Positions 52,153 to 63,311 are shown, counted from the first letter of the stretch. The stretch is 64,000 nt of DNA from an uncultured Thermoleophilia bacterium (GCA_963695395.1 CAVOGK010000026.1:60511-124510); one strand, 5' to 3'. Notes: a model not told the origin generated them from the letters alone. Made by a program: numbers and translations.

Positions 52153-53016
52153 TCATCGCGGCGGCTCACCGGGAGTGAGCAGCGCCCATTCGCGGGCCTT
52201 GGCCATGCGGTCGAGCCAGTCGCCCACCAGCGCCCGGAAGGGGGCCGGACACTCGATGCGACCGAGTTGGTGGCCCGCCATGTCGAGCACCGCGTACGTT
52301 GCCCGAGGAAACTCGTCCAACAGCGACCCGGCCGGGCGGTACCCGACCGTCGAGTCCTGGCGGCCGGCCAGGATGAGACTCGGCTCAGCGAACGGGGGCC
52401 CGGGTCGTCCGGCGGCGCCGGTCGCGTGGAGGTTCGCCTCGAGACGCGCGAGGAACTCGTAGTCGGCCCGCCGGTAGGCGGGCATGTCGTGAGCCCTGAT
52501 CTCGTCGACCATCCAGCGCTCGTGCACGACCAGCGTGTCGCGCATCCACTCCTCGTCAGGCTCGAGATCCTCGAAGATCGAGTCGTCCTCGAAGAGCACG
52601 GTGACGTCGGTGGGTTCCAGCGCGCCGTCCGCGGCGTCGATCGCAGGGACGAGAAGCCCGGCGCCCGCCAGCCGGTCGGGGATCAGCCGGACCAGCCCCA
52701 CCGTGAGGCGGCCTCCGTAGGAGCTGCCGGCGATCGCGAACCGACCGTCCGGCAGCACGGCGTCGATGAAGTCGCGCACGACCGAGAGCATCTGGTCTTC
52801 CGTCGAGAGCCACTCGGGGGCAGGGGTCGAACCGTGGCCCGGGAGGTCCAGGTAGATGCGCCGCCACCCGGGGTGCTCGTCGAAGACTGGCTCGAGATCG
52901 GCGAGCATGTAGTCCCGATCCGCCGACCAGCCGTGGACGAGCAGGATGGGCCTGCCTTCCCCACGTGCCTCGTAGGCGATCGGGATTCCCTGGACCTCGA
53001 TCGGCGGCGACGTCAT
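52153..53016 (-). CDS. Alpha/beta-fold hydrolase
   Basis: HGWSAD and GSSYGG nucleophile-elbow motifs. Confidence 0.75.
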   Translation of the reverse strand: MTSPPIEVQGIPIAYEARGEGRPILLVHGWSADRDYMLADLEPVFDEHPGWRRIYLDLPGHGSTPAPEWLSTEDQMLSVVRDFIDAVLPDGRFAIAGSSYGGRLTVGLVRLIPDRLAGAGLLVPAIDAADGALEPTDVTVLFEDDSIFEDLEPDEEWMRDTLVVHERWMVDEIRAHDMPAYRRADYEFLARLEANLHATGAAGRPGPPFAEPSLILAGRQDSTVGYRPAGSLLDEFPRATYAVLDMAGHQLGRIECPAPFRALVGDWLDRMAKAREWALLTPGEPPR

Positions 53017-53040
53017 GGACGTTCCTCGTGAGCGGTCATG

Positions 53041-54258
53041 TCAGGCGAGCACACGCGAGAGATCCTCGCACGACTGGAAGACGTGCGCGCCCCAGTCCTC
53101 GTACAACTCCTGCGGCGACGACGAGAGTATGACGACGACGACCCCGGCCTCCTGATTCACGTAGACGCGCTGCCCCAGCCAGCCGACGGCGCTGAACGCG
53201 GTGTGGTCGGCCAGCTCGCGGACCCAGAAGCAGCTCCGGTACGAGTAGCCGGCGTAGTCGCCGCCGCCCCAGGTCTCGGCGGCGGCGGCGAACGCAGCCT
53301 TGTCTCCGTTTCGCCTGACGTCCTCCAGCCAGCGCTCCGGGACCACCTGGACGCCGGCGAGGCGACCGCCCTGCGCGAGCATCAGGCCGAAACGGGCGAG
53401 GTCGCGGAGGCTGCACGCCAAGCCGCCGTCAAGCTGCGCGCTGCCGGCGCCGTCGAGGAGGAGGTACGCGTCGTGCTCGGCGCCCAGCTTGCTCCAGAGG
53501 TGTCTCCTGACGAGCTCGGGCACGCTCAGCCCTGTGGCCCTCTCCATGACCCAGCCGAGCACGATCGTGTTCAGCGAGACGTAGTGGAACAGGGCGCCGT
53601 GCTGGTCCTCCTTGCGCGTGGTCGTGGCGAAGTCGTACGCGGATCCGGGCTCGTCGTCCGCCAACGCGGGCTGCACGCCCTGGAGGCGGCACAGACGGGC
53701 GCCGTCGTACTGCGGCCGGTCCAGGTCGTCCTCGTAGCGGATGCCCACGGTCATGTCCAGGAGGTGCCGGACCGTGGCGTCACCGTACGCGCTGAGGGCG
53801 AGCTCCGGGACGAGCGCGGCGACGGCATCGTCGACGGCGAGGCTCCCGGCCTCGACGAGATTGGCGACGACACACGACGTCACCGCCTTGGTGATCGACT
53901 GGGAGAGGTGGGGCGTCTCGGCCGTCATGCCGCGCAGATAGCGCTCGTAGACGATCCGCCCCCCGCGCATGACGATGATGCCGTCGACGCTCGCGCCGTC
54001 GAGCATCTCGCGCACGGTCCATGCGGCGCCGTCGGCCTTGCCGACCCGGACCGCATCCAGATCCAGCGGCTCCTGCGGGAGCTCGAGGACGGGCTGCCGT
54101 GACGACACATCCGCCGTGGCCGACACCTGCCGGGCGTGCTGCATGTACCAGTGCGTCAGCCGCGGGTCGGTGTAGACCCGGTCCGCCCTCACCCGCTGCT
54201 CGGGCGGCGGCGGAAAGCCGCGCATCACGCGATCGTCGTTCGCGTTCACGTCAGACAC
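53041..54258 (-). CDS. Beta-lactamase-related serine hydrolase
   Basis: SQSITK (SxxK) motif and a class-C-like fold pattern. Confidence 0.75.
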   Translation of the reverse strand: MSDVNANDDRVMRGFPPPPEQRVRADRVYTDPRLTHWYMQHARQVSATADVSSRQPVLELPQEPLDLDAVRVGKADGAAWTVREMLDGASVDGIIVMRGGRIVYERYLRGMTAETPHLSQSITKAVTSCVVANLVEAGSLAVDDAVAALVPELALSAYGDATVRHLLDMTVGIRYEDDLDRPQYDGARLCRLQGVQPALADDEPGSAYDFATTTRKEDQHGALFHYVSLNTIVLGWVMERATGLSVPELVRRHLWSKLGAEHDAYLLLDGAGSAQLDGGLACSLRDLARFGLMLAQGGRLAGVQVVPERWLEDVRRNGDKAAFAAAAETWGGGDYAGYSYRSCFWVRELADHTAFSAVGWLGQRVYVNQEAGVVVVILSSSPQELYEDWGAHVFQSCEDLSRVLA

Positions 54259-54325
54259 GGACCTGCACCTCCGGGCGCCGCCCCGCCGCCGCCGCTACGA
54301 GCGGCGGCGGCGCTTTGGGGGACCG

Positions 54326-55607
54326 TTACGCCGGCGCGTGAAGCAGCGCGGCTGCGTGCACGCCGATGCCGGCCTTCGTCAGCTCAGCGGCAGTGTGGAC
54401 CACGGCGTCGTGCTTGTCGAGGTAGTTGCGCTCCATGAGCGGCATGAGGCCGTCGGCGACGACCTGCTCCTTGGCCACGAAGTAGTCGAGGATGTCGCTG
54501 GGGTGCTCGCGGGTCGCCTCGGTCTCCGGGTCGCCACCCTCGTGCTTGGCGGAGATGTTGGGCACCGTGGCCGCAGCGGCGACCACGTCGGCGCGGCGGT
54601 CGTAGGGCTGACGCACGATCGACTTCCAGGTCTCGGTGACGTGGTGCTCGAAGCGCACGCCCTCGTCGAAGCCCAGGCCGCGGCGCACGTCGGCGGCGGC
54701 GAGCAGCGTCGGCAGCTCGACGGAGTTGGAGAGGTTGAGGCCGATCATGCTGGTCGTGCCGTCGTCGGCCGCGAAGAGGCGCGCGCCCATCAGCAGCCAA
54801 AGAACTGACCACGGGTTGTCGACGCCCATGAACACCGAGACCTTGAACTCGTTGCGGATCCCGAGCTTGTGCATCAGGAGGGCGACGAGGATGGTGCCGC
54901 TGTTGATGTTGAGCGCCTGGCGGACGCCGTACTTCGTGAGCAGCCCGAGGTACTCGTCGGCGAACTTGAGCGGGTAGTCGTTGGGCTGGCCGATGCCGCC
55001 GAAGTAGCCGGTGATCGTGTCGGGGCCGCCGAGGTGGACGTTGGAGCCGTCGATACCCTTGGTGTCGAGCGTCTCCACGTGCGTCGCGCCGATGATCTGC
55101 ATGGCGGCGGCCACGGCGAGGATGTCCTCACCCGGCGCCGACTGCTCGACGATGTTGCGCACGCGGATGTAGCGGCCCGGCATGAGCTCGCGCTTCTCGA
55201 TCGCCTGCTTGGCCTCGGCGATCAGCCACGGGAAGTACTGCAGGGCGCTGACCTCGAGCGTGACGGCGTTGGCCTGGTTGAACGCCATGCCGTCGGCGGC
55301 GTCGCCGAGGACGCTGCGCCGGTACTCGGGCAGCGTGACGAAGGCGCCGGCGTCGCGCTGCTCGGTGAGCCACTGCAGGCCGCCCAGGAAGGGTGAGCCC
55401 TCGTCCTGCAGACGCGCGAGGCGGGTCTCGAGGACGCCCGGCCTCGTCGGCCTTGCGGTTGATCTCGTCCACGCCGCCGTACTTCTCGACGAGGTCGAGA
55501 AGGCCGCCGACGAGCGCGTTGTCTTCGCCCGCGAGGACCGCGTTCACGGCCTCCAGGTCGGCCGGCTTGATGCGCAGCTGCTCGCGCATGGCGTCACGGG
55601 TGGTCAT
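54326..55607 (-). CDS. Conserved hypothetical protein co-transcribed with panB (about 425 aa, one frameshift near 55290-55430)
   Basis: ATGA overlap with the panB stop. The N-terminus MTTRDAMREQLRIKPADLEAVNAVL... continues in the frame of ORF 54326-55288. No recognised family. Confidence 0.45.
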
Positions 55608-56458
55608 CGGGTCTCCTCCATGTACGTTGCGAACTTCTCCCGCTCCCCCTCGAGCATGCGGTAGCAGTGCTCCTCCTCGGGGAAGGCGCCGCCGCGCACG
55701 TCGCTGACGTACTCGCCGAGCGCCGCCGTGGAGACGGCGGCCAGGTCGGCGTACTTCTTCACGAACTTGGGGGTGAAGGCGGCGAAGGTGCCGAGCACGT
55801 CGGAGACGATGAGCAGCTGGCCGTCGACGCCGGCGCCGGCGCCGATGCCGAGCACCGGGATGGGCAGCTCGGCGCGGATGAAGCCGGCGACCTCGGGGGG
55901 CACCGCCTCGACGAGCAGCAGCTGCACGCCGGCCGCATGCAGGGCGCGGGCGTCCTCGACCACCAGCTTGGCGGACTCGAGCGTGCGCCCCTGGGCCTTG
56001 TGGCCGCCGAGCTGGCCCGAGGACTGCGGGGTGAGGCCGATGTGGCCGCAGACGGCGACGCCGGCGTCGAGGATGGCGCGCACGCGGGAGACGGTGCGCA
56101 CCCCGCCCTCGAGCTTGATGGCGTCGACGTTGGCCTCCTTGAGGAAGCGGATCGCGTTGCGGACCGCGTCCTCGTCCGAGGCCTGGTAGCTGCCCAGGGG
56201 CATGTCGCCGACGACGAAGGTGTTCGGGGCGCCGCGGCGCACCGCCTCGCAGTGCACGATGCACTGGTCCATGGTCACGGGCACGGTGCCCGCGTAGCCG
56301 TAGACGCACATGCCCAGCGAGTCGCCGACCAGGATCATGTCGACCCCGGCGGCCTCCTCGAAGCTGGCCGTGGGGTAGTCGTAGGCGGTGAGCCAGGCGA
56401 TCTGCTCGCCGGCGCGCTTCATCTGGTGCAGGTCGAAGAGACCCTTCTTCGTTGTCAA
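55604..56458 (-). CDS. panB: 3-methyl-2-oxobutanoate hydroxymethyltransferase
   Basis: 284 aa. LTAYDYPTA, GDSLGM, KLEGG motifs. Confidence 0.9.
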   Translation of the reverse strand: MTTKKGLFDLHQMKRAGEQIAWLTAYDYPTASFEEAAGVDMILVGDSLGMCVYGYAGTVPVTMDQCIVHCEAVRRGAPNTFVVGDMPLGSYQASDEDAVRNAIRFLKEANVDAIKLEGGVRTVSRVRAILDAGVAVCGHIGLTPQSSGQLGGHKAQGRTLESAKLVVEDARALHAAGVQLLLVEAVPPEVAGFIRAELPIPVLGIGAGAGVDGQLLIVSDVLGTFAAFTPKFVKKYADLAAVSTAALGEYVSDVRGGAFPEEEHCYRMLEGEREKFATYMEETR

Positions 56459-56467
56459 GATCCCCTC

Positions 56468-56971
56468 CTAGTGATGAGCTGGTACTGCGATCTGTGCGGG
56501 GGCCGGCTCCGTCTCCTCCGGCACCGGCCATCCCGTGTCTGGCTTCACCTCCGAGTAGACGAGCATGGTCTCCACCTTGTCGACGCCGGGGATGGCGGCG
56601 ATGTCGTCCTTGATCAGGCAGCCGAGGTGCTCGAGATCGCGCACCGCGACGCGCAGCAGGTAGTCGAAGCGCCCGGCGACGTGGTAGCAGGCGCAGACGT
56701 CGGGCAGGGCGACGACGCCGCGCTCGAAGCCCTCGATGCAGGCGGTCTCGTGATGCACGAGCTCGGCGGCGAGGAAGGCCTGCAGGCCGAGGCCGAGGCT
56801 GGTAGGGCTGACGAGGGCGCGGTAGCCGGTGATGTGGCCGTCGAACTCGAGGCGTCGCACGCGCTCGCTCATCGCCGACTGGCTGAGCCCGACGAGCTCG
56901 GCGAGGTGGGCGTTGGTGAGGCTGCCGTCCTTCTGAAGCTCGATCAGGATGCGGCGGTCGAGAGCGTCCAT
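56468..56971 (-). CDS. Lrp/AsnC-family transcriptional regulator, 9 nt upstream of panB
   Basis: MDALDRRILIELQKDGSLTNAHLAELVGLSQSAMSERVRRLE. Near-duplicate of the 37929-38399 gene. Confidence 0.85.
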   Translation of the reverse strand: MDALDRRILIELQKDGSLTNAHLAELVGLSQSAMSERVRRLEFDGHITGYRALVSPTSLGLGLQAFLAAELVHHETACIEGFERGVVALPDVCACYHVAGRFDYLLRVAVRDLEHLGCLIKDDIAAIPGVDKVETMLVYSEVKPDTGWPVPEETEPAPAQIAVPAHH

Positions 56972-57215
56972 GTCATCTCCACTGGAACGACCGGTCAGCC
57001 CAGATGGTAATCGAAAGATTTCCTGTCAGTCAATGTTATTGCCGCCGAAACTCCTGACATACGCCGCAATATCGACAGAGTCGCCGTACTCGAGCGTCCT
57101 CAGCGGGAGACTTTGCGAGGCAGTACGGCACCGGCCGGGTCCGCGGCGAGCTCCGGCGACGGAGCGGCGGCGGTCCCCCGGAATCTGGTAGGTTTGCTGG
57201 CGAGGAGGGTGGACC

Positions 57216-57902
57216 ATGTACGACTGGCGCAGAGACTGGCTGACCCGTTTCGGACGCACCGAGCCGAAGATCGTCTGTGTGGGTCTCAACTACACCGACC
57301 ATGCCGCGGAGCAGGGCGTGAAGCTGCCGCCGAACCCCATGCTGTTCGCCAAGTTCGCGAACGCCCTCTGCGGGGACGGCGAGGACATCGTCCTCCCCCG
57401 CGAGATCGGACACGTCGACGCCGAGGCCGAGCTGGCCGTCGTCATCGGCCGCGAGGCGCACGGCGTCGCCGCCGACGACGTCCTCGAGATCGTGCACGGC
57501 TATCTGTGCGGCAACGACGTGAGCGCGCGCGACCTGCAATTCGGCGACGGGCAGTGGTTTCGCGGCAAGAGCCAGGACACCTTCTGCCCCATCGGTCCGG
57601 GGATCGTGCCCGCGAGCGAGCTGGGCGACGCCGGCGACCTGCGCGTGGTGCAGCGCCTCAACGGCGAGACGCTGCAGGACTCGCGCACCAGCCGGCTCCT
57701 CTTCGGCGTTCGCGAGCTGGTCTCGTTCGCCTCGCACGCGCTGACGCTGCTGCCCGGCGATCTGATCCTCACGGGCACGCCCGCGGGCGTGGGCGTCTTT
57801 CGCGACCCCAAGGTCTCCCTGCGGCACGGCGACGTCGTCGAGGTCGAGGTGGAGGGCATCGGCGTGCTCCGCAACCCGGTGATCGAGTCCCCGGAAGCCT
57901 AG
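57216..57902 (+). CDS. Fumarylacetoacetate hydrolase family protein
   Basis: FAH-fold motifs (IVCVGLNY, EAELAVVIG, GTPAGVG). Confidence 0.8.
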   Translation: MYDWRRDWLTRFGRTEPKIVCVGLNYTDHAAEQGVKLPPNPMLFAKFANALCGDGEDIVLPREIGHVDAEAELAVVIGREAHGVAADDVLEIVHGYLCGNDVSARDLQFGDGQWFRGKSQDTFCPIGPGIVPASELGDAGDLRVVQRLNGETLQDSRTSRLLFGVRELVSFASHALTLLPGDLILTGTPAGVGVFRDPKVSLRHGDVVEVEVEGIGVLRNPVIESPEA

Positions 57903-58098
57903 AACGAGCCCTCCGGGTCGCGCCCGAGCGCGTCCCTGAAGCCACCGTCAGGCGCCTGCGCGGACCGCGGCGCCCGGCGTGCGGCGTACGGCGAGTGACT
58001 ACGCAGGCGCCTCCCCCACTCCAGAGACGCGTCCTTCGCGGACGCTGCCGGCCGAGCGCCTCCTCGTCGGATTGTGGTCCTGAGATGGCGCGCCGTGG

Positions 58099-59175
58099 TC
58101 AGAGCGGGTACGCGCCGTGCTCACGACCTGCCCTCACCATGGCCAGGTAGTTCTCCGGCCTCACGCCTGCGTGGATCGAGTTCGACGAGGAGAGGATGTA
58201 GCCGCCGCCCGGAGCCGCCGCGTCGATCGTCTGCTCGACGGTCCGTACGACCTCGCCTTCGTCCCCGCTGACGAGTACCTCGACACAGTCGATGTTCCCG
58301 ACCAGACAGATGCGGTCGCCGAGTCGCTCCTTGACCTCAACGATGTCCATGCACTGCGGCTGGATCGGGTTGTAGCCGTCGAAACCGACGTCGATGAGAT
58401 CCTGCATGAGCGGCCACATGTTGCCGTCGCTGTGCTTGACGATCGGCAGGCCGCAGTCGTGCGCGGCCGCGACGATCTCGGCATAGTAGGGCTTCACGTA
58501 CTCGCGAAAGTGGGCCGGCGAGAAGATCGGCGCCTTGTTGGCGGCGAGGTCACCCTCCATGAGGAGCACGTCGGCGCCCGCCTGTGCGGCGCCGCGCACG
58601 GTGGCGATCGTGGCGTCGGTGGTGACCCGGGCGAGGGCATGGACCAGCTGCGGATCCCGGAGGAAGTCCCAGAGCAGCGCCTCCATGCCGCCCCGGAGCT
58701 TCCAGGACAGCTTGAAGGTATCGGCGAAGTAGAACCACACGGGGTAGTCCGGGCCGAGCAGCTCGCGCGCCTTGCGCACGCAGTCGAAATCCGCAGACGT
58801 GAGTCTGCCCGCCATGTCGAAGCCGACCAGATCCTCGACTGAGCCGACAGGGCCCTCTTCCACCGTCGGTTCCCCATGCCTGCTGAGACGATAGACAGAG
58901 CCGTAGCGGTCCCGCACGCGCTCTTCATCGACGGGCGTGACGCCGAGCGGCATGCAGATCCAGATGCTGTCGATGCCCAGGGCCTTCGTCAGGGACGCCG
59001 ACAGCTGCTCGAACGCGAACGGCTCCTCAGCCGCCGGCACGTCGAGGTCGAGCAGCCGGGCCAGGTCGACCATCGGCGCCCAGTCGATACAGTCGACGAT
59101 AGGCACGCGATCCGGCGCCTCGCCGCGGAGGGCGGCGAGCACGCGCTGCCTGGGCGTCATGGCCGGGGTGGCCAT
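58099..59175 (-). CDS. URO-D/MtaA-like methylcobamide methyltransferase family protein
   Basis: 358 aa, URO-D fold pattern. The C-terminal tail ...SIHAGVRPENYLAMVRAGREHGAYPL is the same tail found in the 35531-35761 remnant. Confidence 0.75.
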   Translation of the reverse strand: MATPAMTPRQRVLAALRGEAPDRVPIVDCIDWAPMVDLARLLDLDVPAAEEPFAFEQLSASLTKALGIDSIWICMPLGVTPVDEERVRDRYGSVYRLSRHGEPTVEEGPVGSVEDLVGFDMAGRLTSADFDCVRKARELLGPDYPVWFYFADTFKLSWKLRGGMEALLWDFLRDPQLVHALARVTTDATIATVRGAAQAGADVLLMEGDLAANKAPIFSPAHFREYVKPYYAEIVAAAHDCGLPIVKHSDGNMWPLMQDLIDVGFDGYNPIQPQCMDIVEVKERLGDRICLVGNIDCVEVLVSGDEGEVVRTVEQTIDAAAPGGGYILSSSNSIHAGVRPENYLAMVRAGREHGAYPL

Positions 59176-59511
59176 TCCGACGGCCGATCCGGTCCGCTAC
59201 GACGCCGAAACCGGCGTCGTGTCGGTCTTCCGGAAGCTCATGACGACCTCCTCGTCGACAGGCGGCGGAGCCATCCGCCGGCGGTCGCGCGGCAGCGAGC
59301 CGTCCGCGCACTGCATAACCACCCAGGTGGGTGCTACCCTACCATCGGTGCCCGTAGCGTCAACGGCGTCGACGCCTCGGCACGCGGAGAGACCGTTCGC
59401 CGGCGCCCTGCGCACGTCTCTCCGCGCGAATCCAGGAAGGGAGATGCCGATCCGGCCGGGTGGTACCATGCCACCCAGCGGTGCCTCGCCGCCGTCGACA
59501 TCGGGGGACGC

Positions 59512-61191
59512 GTGCGACTGACCACCCGCGATCTGCTGCGTCGCCCACTCGGCAGCTCGCAGCGAGCGCTCTACAAGAGCATGGGCCACAGCGATGACGA
59601 CCTCAGTCGCCCGCTCGTCGGCCTGGCCAACGCGTACAGCACGCTCGTCCCCGGCCACGCCAACCTCCGCGATGTGGCCGAGGCCGTGCGCCGCGGCGTG
59701 ACGAGGGCCGGCGGCACGGCGGTCGAGTTCGGCGTACCGGGTATCTGCGACGGTCTGGCCGACCATCACTCCGGCGCCCACTACACCCTCCCCTCGCGCG
59801 AGATCGTCGCCGCGTCCGTGGAGATGATGGTTCGCGGCCACGCGCTCGACGGGGTCGTGCTGCTCGGATCCTGCGACAAGATCGTGCCGGGCATGCTGAT
59901 GGCGGCCGCGCGCGTCGACGCGCCGGCGATCATGATCGTCGGCGGCCCTGCGGAGGGTGGCATCGAGTTCCAGGGACACGCCGCCGACAGCTCGTCACCC
60001 GACGACGCCGTCACGCTGCTGCAGAGCGGTGAGATGGACCAGGAGGCGTTCCTCGCGCTCGAGAACGGCTGCCAGCCCGACTGCGGTTCGTGTGCCTACC
60101 TCGGCACGGCGAACTCGATGTGCTGCGCGGCCGAGGCGATGGGCATGAGCCTGCCGGGCAGCGCCACGATCCCGGCCACCGACGCCGCCCGGCTGCACGC
60201 GGGGCAGGCGACCGGCGAGCGGATCGTGCACCTCATCTCGGAGGGCGCCGGAGCGCGCTCGATCATGAGCCTCGCCGCCATCACCAACGCGATCCGGACG
60301 ATGGCCGCCATCGGTGGCTCCACCAATACGGTGCTGCATCTCATGGCCATCGCCCGTGAAGCCGGAATCGCCATCACGATCGACGACTTCGCCGACCTGT
60401 GGACCACGACGCCGCAGATCGCCCGCGTGAACCCGTCCGGCCCCGCCACCGTGCCCGACTTCCACCGCGCCGGCGGGGTGCCCGCCGTGATGCGAGAGAT
60501 CCAACCCCTGCTCGAGGGTTCCGCGCCCACGGTCACCGGCCGCACTCTCGCGGAAGACCTGCTGGCAGCCACGCCGCCGGCGCGCGGCGACGAGATCATC
60601 CGCCCGCTCGGTGACCCCTGGAATGCGGGAGGCGGACTTGCCGTGCTGCGGGGCAACCTCGCGCCGCGCAGCGGCATCACACGCCCGGCGGCCTTCTCGC
60701 GCAGCCTGCACGTGTTCACCGGTCGCGCCCTCTGTTTCGACAGCGAACAGGCCGCCAACGAGGCCATTCTCGGCGGTCACATCGAGCCGGCGACCGTCGT
60801 CGTCATCCGGTACGTGGGCCCGCGCGGCGGCCCCGGCATGCCGGAGATGTACGCGCCGATGAAGTACCTGGCGGCGCGTGGCCTGGCCACGTCCGCCGCG
60901 ATCGTCACGGACGGCCGCTTCTCGGGCACCAACAACGGCTGCTTCGTCGGCCACGTCTGCCCCGAAGCCGCGCTCGGCGGTCCCATCGCCCTGGTCCACG
61001 ACGGCGACGAGATCACGATCGACGTACCCGGAGGGGCGCTCCACCTGCACGTGGACGACCTGGAACTGGAGCGGCGCCGTACCGCGTGGCGGCCGCGAAC
61101 AGCGAAGCCCGCCGGCGGCCTGCTGGCACTCTACGCGCGGCTCGCCGGCCCCGCCGATCGCGGCGCGCTCATGGAGGTGGACGAAACGTGA
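59512..61191 (+). CDS. IlvD/EDD-family dehydratase (second copy; substrate unknown)
   Basis: [45 protein letters not shown]. The ORF is open from 58876, but the conserved N-terminus begins at a GTG near 59512. Confidence 0.75.
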   Translation: MRLTTRDLLRRPLGSSQRALYKSMGHSDDDLSRPLVGLANAYSTLVPGHANLRDVAEAVRRGVTRAGGTAVEFGVPGICDGLADHHSGAHYTLPSREIVAASVEMMVRGHALDGVVLLGSCDKIVPGMLMAAARVDAPAIMIVGGPAEGGIEFQGHAADSSSPDDAVTLLQSGEMDQEAFLALENGCQPDCGSCAYLGTANSMCCAAEAMGMSLPGSATIPATDAARLHAGQATGERIVHLISEGAGARSIMSLAAITNAIRTMAAIGGSTNTVLHLMAIAREAGIAITIDDFADLWTTTPQIARVNPSGPATVPDFHRAGGVPAVMREIQPLLEGSAPTVTGRTLAEDLLAATPPARGDEIIRPLGDPWNAGGGLAVLRGNLAPRSGITRPAAFSRSLHVFTGRALCFDSEQAANEAILGGHIEPATVVVIRYVGPRGGPGMPEMYAPMKYLAARGLATSAAIVTDGRFSGTNNGCFVGHVCPEAALGGPIALVHDGDEITIDVPGGALHLHVDDLELERRRTAWRPRTAKPAGGLLALYARLAGPADRGALMEVDET

Positions 61192-62468
61192 CCACACCAC
61201 CGACTCCCGTGCGACTGCCGGATCTGGTCCGCGTGCGGCAGCGGTTCCCCGCTCGGGCGGGGATCGACGTCGTCGCGCGCCTCGGCGAGCAACTCGACGC
61301 GATGGACCTGGCCGGTCGCATCACTCCGGGCGCCCGAGTGGCTCTCACGGCAGGAAGCCGAGGCGTGCGCGACATCGTGCCGGTGCTTCGCCTGCTCACC
61401 ACCCGGGTCCGCGCCGCCGGCGGCTCGCCGTTCCTCGTCCCCTGCATGGGGAGTCACGGCGGAGCCACGGCAGAGGGTCAAGCCGAGGTGCTGCGCTCGC
61501 TCGGCGTCACGGAGGAGGGCGTGGGCGCGCCTGTCGTGTCGTCGATGGACGTGACGCGCGCCGCGGAGAGCCGCTTCGGGGCGCCGGTCTGGGTGTCGCA
61601 AGATCTGGCACAGGCGGACGCCGTCATCGTCGTCAACCGGGTCAAACCGCACCCCGACTTCGTCGGTCCCATCGAGAGCGGACTCGTGAAGATGCTCGTC
61701 ATCGGCGCCGGCAAGCACGCCGGGGCCGCCGAGGCTCACCGACTGGCCCTCCGCCACGGCTTCCCCGTCGTCCTCGAGGAGCACGCGCGCGGCGCGCTCG
61801 CCCGTCTCCCGGTCATCTGCGGGGTGGCGCTCATCGAGGACCAGACCGAGCAGACGGCCGAGATCCACGTGCTCGAGGCGCGCGACATCATCGCGCGCGA
61901 GCCCGCGCTGCTCGAGCGCGCCAAAGGCCTGATGCCGTCGCTCCCCTTCGAGGCGCTCGACTGCCTGATCGTCGACGAGCTCGGCAAGGAGGTCAGCGGC
62001 AACGGCATGGACTCCAAGATCATTGGTCGCATGGGCCCGTCCGACAGCCCATCCGCCATGACGCCGCGCATCATCCGCATCGTCGTGCGCGACCTCACGG
62101 AGTCCTCGCACGGCAACGCCATCGGCATCGGCTCCGCCGATTTCACGACGAAGCGTCTGCTGGCGGCGATCGACGCGGAGGCGACCACGATCAACTGCGT
62201 GACCTCGATGGCCCCCGAAGCCGCCCGCCTGCCCATCGCCTTTGACCGGGACGTGGACGCGGTGCGCGCCGCCTATGCGACCTGCGGCGCGGCGGCGCCT
62301 GACGAGTTCACCCTCGCCTGGATCCGCAACACGTTGTGCCTTGAGGAACTCCTCATCTCGACGGCGCTGCTGGACACGGCCCGCTCCAATGAGCGTCTGG
62401 AGATCCTGGGCGAACCGTTCACGTTTCCTGCCCTCCGCGACGGTACCCTGGCGCCGGCGTGGGACTGA
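61188..62468 (+). CDS. LarA-like (DUF2088) nickel-pincer-dependent racemase/epimerase family protein
   Basis: GTGA overlap with the upstream dehydratase. DUF2088-like N-terminal domain, similar to the 14138-15415 gene. Confidence 0.6.
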   Translation: MTTPPTPVRLPDLVRVRQRFPARAGIDVVARLGEQLDAMDLAGRITPGARVALTAGSRGVRDIVPVLRLLTTRVRAAGGSPFLVPCMGSHGGATAEGQAEVLRSLGVTEEGVGAPVVSSMDVTRAAESRFGAPVWVSQDLAQADAVIVVNRVKPHPDFVGPIESGLVKMLVIGAGKHAGAAEAHRLALRHGFPVVLEEHARGALARLPVICGVALIEDQTEQTAEIHVLEARDIIAREPALLERAKGLMPSLPFEALDCLIVDELGKEVSGNGMDSKIIGRMGPSDSPSAMTPRIIRIVVRDLTESSHGNAIGIGSADFTTKRLLAAIDAEATTINCVTSMAPEAARLPIAFDRDVDAVRAAYATCGAAAPDEFTLAWIRNTLCLEELLISTALLDTARSNERLEILGEPFTFPALRDGTLAPAWD

Positions 62469-62500
62469 GCGTCTCTGGCGACCAGGACTGGAGGTCACTG

Positions 62501-63311
62501 ATGGACGATGGGCGGCAGGTCTCGAGAGGACGCCTGCAAGGGACTGTGGCGATCGTCACCGGCGGGGCTTCGGGCATCGGCGCCGCCATCGCGCGGCGCT
62601 TCGCCGCAGAGGGCGCCCGTCAGGTCATCGTGGGACTCGCGGACGAGACGGAGAAGGCGGCGTCCCTGATCGGCGAGCTCGGCCACGACCGCGCCGTCTT
62701 CGTGGCCGGAGACGTCAGCACCCCGGAGACCGCCTCTCGTGCAGTAGACATCGCCCTTGAACGCCACGGAAGACTCGACGTCCTGGTCAACAACGCCGGC
62801 CTCGACTACTCGGGTGTGGACGTGCTCGAGTCGGACCTCGGGTTCTCCCGGCGCGTCATGGAGGTCAATTTCTTCGGGTGCTTCCTCATGCTGCGGGCGG
62901 CAGCGCGAGGCGATGATGGGAGCGGCGGACACGGAGACCGGCCCCACGGCGGGCGCCGTCGTGAACGTCGCGTCGCGCGCCGGCGTGGTGGGCGTACCGT
63001 CGATGGCCATGTACGGCGCCAGCAAGGCCGCGCTCATCAGCCTGACTCGTACGGCCGCTCTCGAACTGGCGCCGAGGATCAGGGTGAACGCCGTGGCGCC
63101 CGGCGCTACGGAGACGCCGATGATGCGCACCTGGATCGACGAGCAGGATGACCCTGCCGCCTTCGCGAGCGCCCTCGCCGCCACCGTACCTCTCGGCCGC
63201 CTGGCGCAGCCGCGGGAGATCGCCGACGCGGTCCTCTTCCTGGCCTCGGACGAAGCCTCGCACGTCACCGGCGTCGTCCTGTCGGTGGACGGCGGCTACA
63301 CGACGGGATAA
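62501..63311 (+). CDS. Short-chain dehydrogenase/reductase, one frameshift near 62890
   Basis: VTGGASGIG, NNAG. The C-terminal part (YGASKAAL...) lies in the frame of ORF 62757-63311. Confidence 0.75.
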
